Below are positions 38,239 through 51,519 of a stretch of DNA of 64,000 bases, one piece after another (position 1 is the first letter of the stretch; every line of letters begins with the position of its first letter). Location of the stretch: assembly GCA_964188305.1 (NCBI GenBank), contig OZ076895.1, one strand, 5' to 3'. The notes under the pieces were generated by a model. The model ran no database searches. It was not told the origin of the DNA and saw only the letters and a list, made by a program, of their open reading frames with translations. The position numbers and the translations under genes were made by a program. Source of the DNA: Podarcis bocagei (taxonomy: Eukaryota).

Positions 38239-38259
38239 GGAGCTGTCCTTGGTCCTGAA
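38239..38259 (-). promoter_or_regulatory. REST/NRSF binding site (RE1/NRSE)
   Basis: Minus strand TTCAGGACCAAGGACAGCTCC against consensus TTCAGCACCnnGGACAGCnCC: one mismatch, canonical 2-nt spacer. Confidence 0.75.
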
Positions 38260-38320
38260 CCTCAGCTATCTACCTCAGCTATCTTCCCTTCCTCTGCTCC
38301 GCCCCTCTAAGGCAGTAGAA

Positions 38321-38516
38321 AAGAGCTTTCCGAACTTTTCATGTTTGTAAAACACTTTTTAGACATGCATCATTTCGCGACACAGTGATTCCGTTTTACT
38401 AGCAAACCAGAGATTAAACTAACCCCTTTCCAGCCCTGGGAGATGCGCCACACAACACACCTGCACTCTGAAGCCGACACACTAACGTGTCACAACACAC
38501 AGCTTGGAAAGCTCCG
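38321..38516. mobile_element. hAT MITE
   Basis: cagtagaa|aagagctttcc ... ggaaagctccg|cactagaa (7/8 TSD). Same family as 48517-48699. Confidence 0.8.
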
Positions 38517-40269
38517 CACTAGAACAAGAGAAAAGGAAAGAACTCATTCACCCAGAAACAGTCTTAGAATTCCTCAAAGAAAGACCAACAAAGTACATAA
38601 TGCACGAGACACTGAATGCTTGTGGATTTTAGCTGTGTTTACTGATGTTGGCAGCTATATAAAGACCTCTGCTAGTCATCTGTGGTACATTTGACACTCA
38701 AAAAGGAAGGCAACCTGTGACTTCCAGCCTTCAGAAGTGTTCCCTGCCTCCCAACCTGGAGGCTATTCTTTCTTGCCACTAAAAGGTAGATAGCTATTTA
38801 ATGACAAGAGTAGGCAACCATTAACTCTCTATTACACCTTTATTTGGCTGGACTCTGAAGAGCTTAAAACGTTGAGCCTGTAACATAATTCATTTGCAGA
38901 ACTCCACAGCTAATTTATTATTTATTATTGTTTTAAACAGGATCTCCAGGCACCAAAATTAGTTGGTTTAATTTTGCCAGCACTCCTCTCCACCACATTG
39001 CCTTTCTAAAAGTCTGTTATTAACTCCCAATGAAGACAATCAAACCCATAATTTCAACTCCACACACTTTTATTTAAAAGTATCTGAATTTGCTTAGCCA
39101 CTAACATTTGCATCCAACGCCTTATTATGAGGAATAGGGGGAAAGTCCTAGAACACTCTCCCTGCATTCAATCTCATGGAAGTTTGGCAGTGTGCTGCCA
39201 GGAGTCCAGGAAGCACTCTGCATAGCATTCAGCTGGTGGGAGCATAACTGAATGACCTCCAAGAATACATGTGCATATACAGGTATCAGAATTTGGTTCT
39301 ATCTTGGAGCTGGATTTGGGTAACTCTGGCATAAAGTACAGAGGTGTTGGTGTTTGCAGAGTGTGTACAGTTTCATGAGGGTAACATTTTGACAGCTGGA
39401 CTGAATCCAAAGGATCAGGCTGCATGTTATGTTCCTCTTTTTTCTGTCAAATTACTGATGAAGTCAGATTTCCTTATTTTCCACAATCCACTCTGCTGCC
39501 ACTAGCAACAGAGGAAGGTAAGAAACTATGCAAAGCACTGAAACCCAACAGCACTCAAGCAGCTGGAAGTCCCGTTCAGATCCCCCATATAGCTTATGAG
39601 ATTTTAACAAACACTGTCTACGATTCCTCAAACTTACTGTTCTCTACCTCGGCTGTAAGGACTTGAAACTTACTTTTAAAATTAAGAAACCAGGAAGAGG
39701 AGTATACATACAGAGTGTACAAAATTCTGAATATTGCTCATCATGACAAAATCATTTTCTGCTTACTTAATAGGAGTCTTTGGTGCATCTGCTTTCTGTC
39801 TGCACTGCACTGCTGCCTCAGTTGCATATGGTTATTTTGGAAGGTGGAGGAAGAAGGTTTAGCAGGTGGATTTTTGAGCTAGATGGCCTTTTAGTTCCAG
39901 TGATCCTATACTCTGATTTCTAGTAATATGCATTTAATAGCATAACTGCTTATTTCTCAGGACTGGGAGCTATGTTACCCCAAACTTAAAAGACCATCTA
40001 GCTAGGACAGCTGGAATTATGCAGTAAACTTTAACTAGAGAATCAGTGGAGTTTAGGTGGGCCAATGTAGGATTCATTGGCAGTTAAGTTAATCTTGCAT
40101 ATAGCAATCTTTGTATATAACGGCTACTTTACCACTTTGAGGTTTTTTCTAGAATAATGCAGTATATAAATTGTATAAAATAAATAAATTTTCATATTGT
40201 CCCTTCTCCAAGATTCTTTTATGTATAATGTGCTTTTGATTTCTCCCTGATACTTTTATGCTTTTATGG

Positions 40270-41040
40270 AAACTAAGCCTTATGAGGAACAGTTGAAGGA
40301 GTTGGGTATGCTTAGCCTGGGAAAGAGGAGACTGAGAGGAGATCTTCAATATCTAAAAGGCGATCACATGGAAGATGGAGCAAGATTGCTTTCTCCTGCT
40401 CCAGAGGCTAGGATACAAACCAATGGATTCAGATGACAAGAAAGGAGTGTGGCGTTCGTACGGAGCCCACCCCACCCCCCGGTCGTCTCACGGACTATTG
40501 ACCCATACACCACTAATCCGCTGCCACCAACCAGGTCCTCCCTGGTAAAATCACTTCAGTCTCAGTCAGCTTTTCAATTCATAAAGAAGAGTGTATTTTA
40601 TTTCAGACTTAAAACAAAACTATTACGGCATTCCAAACAGTGTTCCTCTTTACTTTCTTATTCTTATGTTCCTCTCTCTATCTCTTCTACCACCCCACAC
40701 TCAAGGACCAACTGCCCTAACTGTCTCTCTATTACCAACTGCCTTTCCCAACCAGCCAACCAACACAAAAACAACCAACTACCCACCCACAACTCCCAAC
40801 GAACTAATTTCAACTCCTCCCAGAACTCCTTTATAGACCCACTGACTCCACCCCCTGGGTTCTGTCTGTGCAGCCTATTTAACTATTTCCCCTCTAGCAC
40901 TCTCTCATATATGGTAACGTCACAAGGAGATTCCAACTAAACATCAGGAATAACTTTCTGAGAGTAAGAGCTGTCCAATAGTGGAACAGATTCCCTCAGA
41001 ATTGAACTAGATGACTCTTGGGGTCCATTCCAACTCTATA
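40270..41040 (+). mobile_element. CR1 3' fragment split by a solo LTR
   Basis: ccttatgaggaacagttgaaggagttgggtatgcttagcctg..gacaagaaaggag resumes after the LTR as attccaactaaacatcaggaa..ccaactcta, homologous to 20050-20380. Confidence 0.85.
40448..40924 (-). mobile_element. Solo LTR, 477 bp
   Basis: aggag|TGTGGCGTT ... AACGTCACA|aggag: TG..CA ends, 9-bp imperfect inverted termini, 5-bp TSD. The minus strand has TATAAA (~40835) upstream of AATAAA (~40600). Confidence 0.88.
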
Positions 41041-41851
41041 AACTGAAATTTATTTACTGGTCTTCTGAGGGTATTTTTAAAACACATATTACCAAACAGA
41101 TTATAACCTCCCAGGTCCTGTTGCCTCAATGGACAAGAGGGTGGTGACCAAATTAAAAACCTCATTTTCACAAGAATTCTAGGTAACTGCTTATTAATGA
41201 ACCCATTGAGCCTCTTCACTAGTGGGCACACTGACAGATGCAAAAAGCCTCCTGAGTTTTACTGTACTGTTTACTAGTCTACCACCAAATGAGAAATGCA
41301 TCTTTAAATCTAGGGAAGAGGCCCTCCAAAAATACTTCCATATTCATTAAACACAGAGAAAGTGTCATTTTGTTACAGTTGCTGACATGTATTTGTTGCA
41401 ACAAACATGCAGCTTTTACACTAGGGAGACTCTCCAGTAGCTGAGGATGACAATTAAGTCAAATACAACTGCTTGATCATGGCAATTAAAACTCCCAGAG
41501 AGGAACACGGGAAGCAATCCAAGCTCCTAATCACTTACAATAGTTTTGATATCATTTTAGAAATTCCAAGCTTCAGACCATCAAGTCTTTATTATAATAT
41601 TGTCATGCAATTAGCCCAGAATTCAGAAACATTAACGAGTGTTTAAACTGCTCCCCTTACACAAGGGGAAGCACAACTAGCACTAGTAACAGCCCTTGCA
41701 AGTCACTCAGAATAAATAGTCATAAGCAGGGTTAGTGGAAGGAGTTTTACAGAAACATGTTGTGCCACCATGTGACATTTTTTTCAAACAGCAAAAATGA
41801 CTGGCTTGGATAGGAAATGAGGCAGAGAGTTTTCCCCAGTTGACTCTATTA

Positions 41852-41995
41852 GCGGCAGTTAAGCTGGTTAGAGCTGGTGATGGTAACACCAAGGTTGTAG
41901 GTTCAATCCCCATATGGGACAGCTGAATATTCCTGCATAGCAAGGGGTTAAACTAGATAGTCCCATAAGCTCCACAATTCTATGGTTCTATGGTT
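41852..41995 (+). mobile_element. tRNA-Ile/CR1-tail SINE, degenerate
   Basis: Homologous to 10812-11100 without the MITE. A further partial copy lies at ~59230-59345. Confidence 0.7.
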
Positions 41996-42764
41996 CCTGG
42001 AGGAAAATTGTGGGGAACCTGTGAGAAGATGGAGTAGATAGTTTCTGGAGCATTTTTTGAAACCAGAAAGCAAAAGCAAAGTCCCCACCACCACCACCTT
42101 GAGATTCCACAAGAGCTAGGGGGCTTTTTACAAAGACTGTGGGATTGTGTTGTGGGTAAGATCTGAATGGGCCTTGGACTGACACACTCATTTTCCAGCT
42201 ACTTTCACGGCAGAGAAAAGTTTTCAGCCGAACGAAGAGATCCTGCACTCAGGCATGAGACAATTCCTACTAACTGAAGACCCACAACCCAAGCACCTTG
42301 AGGGACAAGACTAAAAAGGAGAAAGCAAAGCAGGAGGGAGAAGTGATGCATTGGTAATATATGTATTAATGAGAAGGAAGGGCTGGAGGCAAAGAGCAGG
42401 AGAGTCATAAATCAGCCACCATGAATACAAACTCAAGAGTCTGAGCAGCAGTCGCCACATGGTCTGTTAGAGACTCTGTCTGCCTAGGACAAGCTCAACA
42501 CCATCGACACTCATATCTGTATCCTATGACTGGCCACTTGTGACCAAAGGAAGGGCTTGCCACAGTTGCTGCTACGCAGAGCACTTGCTGGATTTGACTC
42601 AGGAAGCAAATCAAAAGGCATTGAGTTCAAATGGCCCAGTTACCTTGGCAAGCTTTCCAGCTCCCAAGACCAGCTGGAAGAACAGACTATGAAGGTTATG
42701 GAGATTATGTGTGTGTGTTTCTACATTATTATTATTAGTAGTAGTAGTATTAGTGGTGGTAGTA

Positions 42765-43139
42765 AGGTAAAAGGTAAAGGTACCCCTGCCCGTACGGGCC
42801 AGTCGTGACCGACTCTGGGGTTGCGTGCTCATCTCGCTTAAGAGGCCGGGAGCCAGCGCTGTCTGGAGACACTTCCGGGTCACGTGGCCAGTGTGATGAA
42901 GCTGCTCTGGCGAGCCAGCACCAGCGCAGCGCAGCGCATGGAAACGCTGTTACCTTCCCACTATAAAGCGGTACCTATTTATCTACTTGCACTTAAGGGT
43001 GCTTTCAAACTGCTAGGTGGGCAGGAGCTGGGACCGAACGACGGGAGCTCACCTCGCCGCGGGGATTTGAACCGCCGACCATACGATTGGCAAGTCCTAG
43101 GCACTGAGGTTTTACCCACAGCGCCACCCGAATCCCTGA
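42765..43139 (-). mobile_element. Sauria SINE, full length
   Basis: Reverse-orientation homolog of 24958-25310 with (aaggt) tail. Probable TSD agtggtggtagta at 42752-42764 and 43140-43152. Confidence 0.9.
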
Positions 43140-43342
43140 AGTGGTGGTAGTAGTAGTAGTAGTTTTAATTGAATTTTTATATACCGCCTAAACCCAGAGG
43201 TCTCAGGGCGGTTCACAGAATATAACACTATCAGCATAAATGCTGCTTTTTCATTCCAACCAACAAGGGGCCGCCTTGTGCATGAAGTATCCTAGCCGCT
43301 GTCTTTATAAATCTGTTCGTTTCCTGACTGTGGTTTTTCTAA

Positions 43343-43432
43343 CTGTGCAATCCTAACCATGTCTACTCAGGAGTAAATCTTATTGAATCCACTGGGGCTT
43401 ACTTCCAGGTAAGTGAGCTTCGAATTGCAGCC
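43343..43432. mobile_element. Short palindromic MITE (PIF/Harbinger-like)
   Basis: tgcaatcct ... gaattgcagcc ends with internal dyad symmetry and TAA/TTA flanks. Confidence 0.5.
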
Positions 43433-46000
43433 TTAGTCAGGATAAAGGAAAATCAATTCACACAAACGCCAAAGGACAGGAACATGGATAAACTCCAGAG
43501 GTGGTGCATGGCAAGTCCTTGAGGTTAATTAAGAAAAATTAAATCCCACGAGGCCAGAAGGCCAAGGACGTGTCTCAAATCACAACATGAGGCATGACAG
43601 AGATAAGAACAGAATGGTGCAGTGAGGGGAATATCTTCATTTTTCTACACTTGAGTGAAATGGAAGGTCTAACATTCAACTCCGGGGGAGTTGCTGCACA
43701 CACCTCAAAATGCTTTGAGAGCATTAAAAAGGCAAAAACAACAAATGAATGGTGAATATTTCAAATCAGTTTCAATAGGAGCACCTTTTAGCCACAGCAC
43801 GATAGCAATGAAAAAGTTTGACAGGAGCACTTTAATAAGGGCATTTGAGGCCACTTCCTAACCAGAAAGCCCACCCTCAATACCCCAAAATAGTACACTT
43901 CCAAATCCAGAGATTCATAACTGAGCCTCCCAATTTAAACATAGGTAGGATGGAGACATAAAGTTCCGAGTCTCACAACAGCAACCGAGTCTTCAAGTGA
44001 GCACTCAGGGCTGATTTCCTTCAGAATGGATAGGTTTGATCTTCTTGCAGTCCATGGGACTCTCAAGAGTCTCCTCCAGCTAGAAGCTTCTAATAAATAT
44101 TTTCAATGAAATTTGACCTTCAAGTATTTAAATGCTGTCCTTCATTCAACAGCTAAGCTCTCCGCTATTGACGCCCCATACCATCTAAGGGGCTGACCCA
44201 TAGTTCACGGCAAATACTAGATTTGAACTCAGGATTTCCTGGTTCACCGTTCAGTCTCTTAGCTACTTCACTCACGGCCATTTTTTAAAACCAAAGTAAT
44301 TTAACTTCCCGCTTGAGATATCACATTTCTTTCTTCCCTGACCCCATCAAGATTTATAATGCATATGTATGGCGAAATTCCAACTTGGTCTTTCTATAGT
44401 CTTGTCTTATACCATAAACAACAAGGTATTCCTCCCTGTTGGGGTATCACATTTCTGGCAACATGAGGTGGTCTCTATTGGCAGCACTTTCTGGCAGCCC
44501 ATACTGGGTATCTGTTCCAGACGGTATTGTGCTCCCAAATTCTGAAGTTGAGACACTAACAGTACTGCAGAAAAGCTCCCAAGGTAAAGCTTTCGACTGC
44601 TTGCACCTTTCGACAGCAATTAAGCCAGCTCTGTGTGTTACACAGCAGGGATTAAGTTGTCCTGCTCCTTATCACAGACACTTAGGCCTTGGAAAGAGTT
44701 GGGGTTTGTTTATTTTTAATAAGCAACAGCTCCAGATAGGAACTACAGATCAGAAAATGGCTGAAGTCATAAATGCTTACACACGGAGAGAAAGCTTTGT
44801 GTCAATAGAAAGGCTCCTTCTTCCCAAAAGGCTATCAATATTTTGAGTGTTCAGAAGGAGGAATCTCAGTAAAGGTGTCTGTCTGCCGGAAAATGCAGAG
44901 CAGCAGCTGTTGTCTAATAAGGCAATGCTGTTGTAATTCAGACGCGAAAAATGCAGAAGATGCTTTGCTTATCAAGAAAGGGTGAATCCTCTGTAGCCAT
45001 TTTGAAAGCAGGTGCCCTCCCCACATAATCTAAACAAGAAAAAGAATAAGGTATCATGAATATTCATTCTACACAGTGGACATCTTTGGATGGATTTATT
45101 CCACACAGTAGCTATCTTTGGATATTTTGGGGGAGGGTATGCAAAACAGGAAACCTAGATGAATTCCAGCAGGAGATACCCCAGCTAATTTGGAGAGCTG
45201 CAGATTCTAAAATGTGAACCATGAGGAGGCAAAGCTTGCAACAACTGTTCAACCTGCAGCCCCAGCAAGAAAGAGAATACAGGAAGGCAGGAAAAAGGAT
45301 CATTCCCAGGACACTGACTATGGCTGACTAACTCAAGAAAAGGAACTGGGCTTCTCTTCAGCTTCAAAGAAATCACAGGCAAAAATAATTTCATATGAAA
45401 CAAACAACTCTAGAAGGACCAAGGCACCCTCCAAGCTCTGAGAAAAATGAATATGCACAGCAAGTACTGTACCAACATTATGTTCTCAGTAAAAGAGAAT
45501 ATCCTCACATGGGATGTGTGGTAGCAGTGCTGGCTCTTTGGACTCTTTGACTCAAGCTCATTGTCCATCCTTCCCATTCAGACAGAAATGTTTTCACTCT
45601 TACCCCCTAGTGATCAGTCCCCCCAAACCAGATCCCTTGTCCAGTTCCAGTCACTTTTCTCCTAGCAATCAGCTTGAAAGTCGCTCTGCAAGCTCTTTGA
45701 TATTAAGCATCAGCCATCTAGTTCCATTAGTATTAAAAAGCTATCACGGGTATCACTGCGGGGTTGAGAATAGTCCCCATCAAAAAAAGATCTCACATTG
45801 AGGTGCCTACTTGGTACATATAGCAGGCCCATCTCTGGATTGCATCACTGATGCCACACTGAGGGCTGCGGCTGCTTTCACAGGGGCTGCCCACCAGGTT
45901 GTTAACTTCAGCCATTTTCCTCCTCTGAGGCACAGCTCCAAAAATTTCTACAGGAGATTGCATTCAGCACTATTGGAGGAGGAGAGGGTGGTGTCTAGAA

Positions 46001-46482
46001 CAGTGTTTCCCAACCACTGTTCCGCGGCACACTAGTGTGCCGTGAGATGTTGCCTGGTGTGCCGCGAGATGTTGCCTGGAGGGAGGCGGGTGAGTCGGGC
46101 GGCGAGAGGCGGGGTGGCGGCGGCGAGGAGAGGCCGCCCAGCGTGGGGCTCTCGCCGTCTGCCTGCCTGGCTGCCTGCGAGCTCGGCGGGCAGCGCCTCC
46201 GTCCGCAGCGCCCGCCTCACGGCTCTCATTCCCTGCCCCTGCCAAAGCTCACCCAGCCAAGCCGCGCTCTCCTTCCTGCCTCGCTTTGCTGCCTCCCCCC
46301 CCACCCCCAAAGCTTGGAGGTTCCCCGGCAAGGGGGAGGGAAAAAATTGAAACTTACACTTTCGTGCGTCCCTCCCGGCGCGACGCTGCGCGCTGACGTC
46401 ACGGGGCTGTAATGGTGGTGTGCCTCGAGATTTTTTTCATCAAACAAGTGTGCCTTTGCCCAAAAAAGGTTGGGAAACACTG
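46001..46482. mobile_element. Young hAT (Charlie-like) non-autonomous element
   Basis: gtctagaa|cagtgtttcccaacc ... ggttgggaaacactg|gtctagaa: perfect 15-bp TIR and 8-bp TSD, very GC- and CpG-rich interior. Confidence 0.93.
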
Positions 46483-48516
46483 GTCTAGAAGTCATGAGCT
46501 CCCTTAACTCCTGGACTCAGCTGCCTCTCTGGCCTGAGACTAGAGCCCAGTCACAACCACCCTGAGGGAAGTCCCCCATGCTAGGACTCAGTATGGCTGC
46601 TGCATTTGTGTCCTCTGGCCAAGAGACAGGAAGTGCTGCTGTCTACAGCTTGCTGCTTCCCATATCTTAGTTCAATGAGAGTTGAAAGGCAAGCAGCCAC
46701 CTCTTGCCCAGGATGAGTTCATGACAATGTTGGGCTTCCTCGGCTAGAGGTGTTTGTTAGCCTTGTAGCCATCTTGGATATGGAATGCAACAAATTATTT
46801 GGGGGGGCTGGGGGGGTATAGGAAAGTCCAGGCCTGTCAGCAAAAACAAGATAGAAGCTGTGTTAGGCTCTTCCCACCAGAGGGAGTTTGAACTTCCTGT
46901 CTAAATAACCCCCATCTGGAAGAAGGAAGGAAGAGCTCTTCTATCACCAAAACAGAATTCTTACAGACTTAAAAGCAATCTCTGCAGCACATGGATAAAC
47001 AATTTAATTCCTTACATATAGATTCTGTTTCTCTTTTCTTCCTTCCCGCCCCCTTTTCTTTTGCTGTCAAGTTATCTGACCTCTGTTTGATAATCTCATT
47101 TCCTGAAAATCAAAATACCGGAAATTTAAGCTTCCTAGAGTGTTAATTGTGACCCTGCTCCATTGCTAATCAAAAAATTGGATGTTTTGCATGAAAATGC
47201 TGCTCTAATTAATTCTCAGTCATAAAGCGCCCTGGTTTTAATAACCCCTTCTTGATTGGATAGCCTTTGAAGAGACGGTTGCTGCTAATCTGCTACACTA
47301 GAAAAATCGCACGCAGAGGAAATAATAAGTGGGCTTCTAAGGTCTGAATGAGATTATTGCATTAACACAGCCAAAGCGAAGAGGAGCAATCCCTCTGCCC
47401 CAACCTCAAATAAAGCTCCGATTTTGATGGGGTGGGGAGCAACCAAGACACTCGAGAGAACAGAAAGTCCCCTAGCTGCATTCCTCAAGGCAGAAAGAGC
47501 TCTTCATTTAAATTGTTCTGCCATTTTGAGGTTCCTTTTCAAAACTTAGGGCATCCACCTGCCACAATGCCTCTTTAAAAATGAGACAAGAACACATCAG
47601 TCCTTCCTTCCCCCTCCCTATCTCCTCTGAATGACAGCGTATTATCATGCGCAACTCTAAGAGTGCTGAACTGAATTTTCATTACTCCAAACGTCAAAAG
47701 CAGTTTGTGTCACCAGAGAACACAGATGGTTGTCCTAGGCTGCCTTTTTTTGTTGCTGCTGTTCTTGGTTAACACCAATTGCATGAGCCACAATAGATTG
47801 TGCCTTGCAGAAGAGGTGGGTTCTTCCTGGGAATGCCATTCCCTATAAACAAGGCCTGAACTACATGCTCAGCAAAATCAGTGTCTGCTCTGAACTTTAC
47901 GATATCCCACTGCAGGCACAGGGAACTAAATTTCTGAAGGCGCTTCAAAAATTCCCTGAACATAGAAAAAGCTAGCACAAGAAGGTGGTAGAGAAAAGGG
48001 CAGACTGCTTTGCAACCAGGTAGACTCAGCTGTTCTGTTCTTGGTTCATGAAGTAAGTTGTCAAGAGAACCTTGCAATTATCTTCCAGAACTTGGGAAGA
48101 CTAAATATTGGTGGAAACCTGCCGGTTGCTTTCCCTGCCTCTTTGTGCCCCCCTGAGGCTCTTCAAATTCTCTCACCGCATGAACTTTCTTCATGGACTT
48201 AGTTGGCAAACTGATATGAGAGCACTGCATCGGTGTGGAAAATGACTTGGGTTCCCTATGGTGACTTAGAACAGAAATATCACCTGCTGTATCTAACGAA
48301 AATCTCAGATTCACACTGGCTTTGACAAAAACATGCAACTTGCTTGCAAGACACATCCTAGTAACCGGATCTCTCCTTCGGCATGTTGATTTCACTTGAA
48401 ACCCAACATAGAGGAAGGATGCCCTGAAAATATACTATTAATCAACATTTTTATCTAGCAAAGGTAAAGTTATAAACACAGCCTCCATTAATAGTTAAGA
48501 TGTTTATTATCTAAGC

Positions 48517-48699
48517 CAGAGCTTTCCAAACTTTTCATGCTGGTGACACACTTTTTAAACATGCATCATTTTGCAACATGGTAATTCAGTTTTATTAGCA
48601 AACCAGGGGTTAAATTAACCCCTTTCCAGCCCCGGAAAGAGTATGGGGAGCGTTCATGAGAAACACCTACATACACGACACACCGTTTGGAAAGCTCTG
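48517..48699. mobile_element. hAT MITE
   Basis: atctaagc|cagagctttccaaac ... gtttggaaagctctg|atctaaat: perfect 15-bp TIR, 6/8 TSD. Confidence 0.85.
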
Positions 48700-48764
48700 A
48701 TCTAAATCTTGGCTGACCAAATTTTGCAATGATGCACCCTGAAGCAAAAGAAAAAATCCTAATA

Positions 48765-49420
48765 TTCTGGGTTCTGAACTGGCAGTGAGTGACCAAGAAA
48801 AGGATCTTGGGATTGCGGTGCTTAACTTGATGAAAATGGCAACTCAGTGTGCAGCAGCTGTGAAGAAGGCAAATTCCATGTTAGGGATCATTAGGAAAGG
48901 GATTGAAAATAAAACTTCCAACCTCAAAAAGGACATTGTCATGCTGGAAAAAGTTTGGGAAACAGTAGCCAAAATGATCAAGGGGCTGGAGCAACTTTCC
49001 TATGAGGAAAGGCTGCAAGATCTGTGAATTTCTCATTTAGAAAAAGGGTAAGGGGGATATCATACAGGTGTATAAAACTAGGAATGGTGTTAAGTAGATG
49101 GGGAATTTTTTTTTATCTTGCTTTCATAGTATTAGAGCCTGTGACTGTCCACACTGGAAGATTCCAGAGACACAAAAGAAAGCACTTCTTCACACAGCAC
49201 AATGTTAAACTATGGCATTCACTCCCATAAGATTATAGTGGTGGCTGCCAACCTCAATGGCTTTAAAGGGGGATGAGACAAATTCATGGAGGGCAATGGC
49301 TGCTGGTCATAGTGGTTATATATAACCCGCAGGATCAGAGACAAAATGCCTCTGAAAAGCAGTGGATGGGGATCATGATCAGAGACTGCTGGTGCCAGGG
49401 CCAGCACAAGTTTTGCTGCC
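48765..49420 (+). mobile_element. Degenerate CR1 3' fragment
   Basis: EKDLGI..QCAAAVKKANSMLGIIRKGIENK..KMIKGLEQLSYEERL..RKHFFTQ..VKLWHSLP. Confidence 0.88.
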
Positions 49421-51390
49421 TGGAGTGAAGAACAAGACCCTCCCTCACTGCATATACAGAACACAAACAAGGCAGCAGCTGAGTCTTCCTCACTAGTGAT
49501 GGGACAATAGTTTCCACTATTCCTGAGAGCAGAAGGCTAGTTTAGCTGGCGTAGAGCAGCCAGTGTGGCACACACAGCTCTGTCTTCCCAACAGCTTGCT
49601 ACACTCCCTGCATCTAGTGATGAAGGCAGCAGCCTGACTAATAGCAGGGCTGGCCCTAGCTACTACGCTTGTATCCTTGTGAGCTTCTCACTGGGGTATT
49701 CTCTTCTCCACTATGAGAATGAATGCTGGAATAGCCCTTTGGTCAGACACAGAAAGTCTCTTCCAATGTAATCACCCATGACTCTTGACTAAGCTGCTGT
49801 TGAATGTAACTCACTGGCATGGATATATAAGCAAGCATTATACCAGCTCCACTTCTTGAATGCTCCAGATAATCTGAATTAAAGTTTGCATTTGGGGCTG
49901 TTTTTCCCTTGCACAATTCTAAGTTACCTTCCATTCACTTCCAAATATTGCAAGTCATCTGCATTAAATGCTGTAACATTTCTTGTGAGGCAAGCTCCAA
50001 ATACTTTTCTTGATGTGCAGACATACCAGACCAAGATCAGGGGGAGGGGTGAGAAGAGGCAGGTTAGGGGGCCACAAACAGCTTCTTTCACAAAGTTCAC
50101 TGGGTGGAATGGTCATTACTTTTCAGCCTAGCTTACCTCACAAGGTAAAATGTGAATGATTATATAGCAGCATGAGCATTAGTTAGTACACTGGGATATG
50201 AATGCTCATACATATGAACAGCATACCTCTGCACATCACAGAAAGGCTGACAGCTTCCTCCCTAGGAAGCAGAACACAGGAAAACTCTGAATATTCTCAG
50301 ATCAACTTACAGGTCATTCTCCTCCATTGCAAAGTGAAAGTCTGGAAGAAATGTGCTTCTGAATGAAAAGGCCATAACCCAATATAGAGCTACATGTGCA
50401 AAAGCCTACTGACTCATCAGATTAATTAGGCCTTTATTTGGTGCTGGATTGTAACACTCAAAACAACTAGCTCCTGAATCAATCCTAGAGAGAATTTGGC
50501 TTTGCTCCTGAGAAAGCAGCTAAAAATTGAATATATTTGTTCCCTCCACACCTTCTCTGCCCCCATGACACCAAGGTAGGGTTTGTTGCAGATCTGTTGA
50601 ATTGCAGGGTCAGATTTACTGCTTTGCAGCTAATGGGTAACTTTAAAAAGGGAATGGCACTTCCCTCTCGGCTAACTGTGTCAGTGTGCTGGTGTGAATG
50701 CTGCACCCCCAGCCAGTTTCTAAACGCAGGAAACCTGGCAGGCAAGAGAGCAGGAGAGGCTGTTCCTCTAAAAGCTCTGAGCATCCACCTCCAAGTCACG
50801 TTGGCTCCACATTTTATGGCAGAGTCAGAATCAGCAGGGGGCATTGGTAGCGACAGTAATTAAATCCTATAGTGTCTGCTATGCAAAGGGCACTTCATTA
50901 ATTACAAGGAAGGTGACGGCTGTGCTGTGCAGCTCTTTGACAACCATGCCGCTTGGTGGAATTAACTATACTATTAGTGTAATGTATAAGAAAGCTATTA
51001 GGGATGTAATAGTAAATTCATCTGAATACAAAATTTTTAAACACAAACAACGCAAACAGGCTCTCTCTTTTATCAAGGAAATGCCAAGATCTCACCTCTC
51101 ACTGTTAGATTGGCATTTTATAGCAGCTCACCCCTTGCATACACACCACAACCACAGTGTATAACTGGGTAATTGCATTAGCTCACCTTCATCCCTTGTT
51201 AGCCTTTGCCTCTCCCCTTCCAACCCAGCATCTGGTTTTGAAATGCAGAGAACTTTGAATGGAAAGATCCCTGGGTCAGGAGCCTACTTTCCTTCCTTCT
51301 TCCAACAATGCTGTAAGGGGCCAGGAACATGGATGGTTCTATCATAAGCAGCAAGCAGGCCCTCGCAACTAAGTGTTGCAGTGGATCTCT

Positions 51391-51392
<2 letters not shown>

Positions 51393-51469
<77 letters not shown>
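51393..51469. repeat. Compound (TC)n(TG)n microsatellite
   Basis: Direct reading. Confidence 0.95.
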
Positions 51470-51472
<3 letters not shown>

Positions 51473-51519
51473 ACCAGAGCCTAGCATTAAAAATACAAAT
51501 ACAAACGTTAAGAACAATA

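Noticed and set aside
38221-38250. CTGATGA followed by a stem-loop, resembling a hammerhead
   Set aside because: No GAAA after the stem. The sequence is better explained as the RE1 site.
45970-46495. Cluster of overlapping ORFs suggesting a gene or promoter CpG island
   Set aside because: All lie within or across the GC-rich hAT element, where stop codons are scarce.
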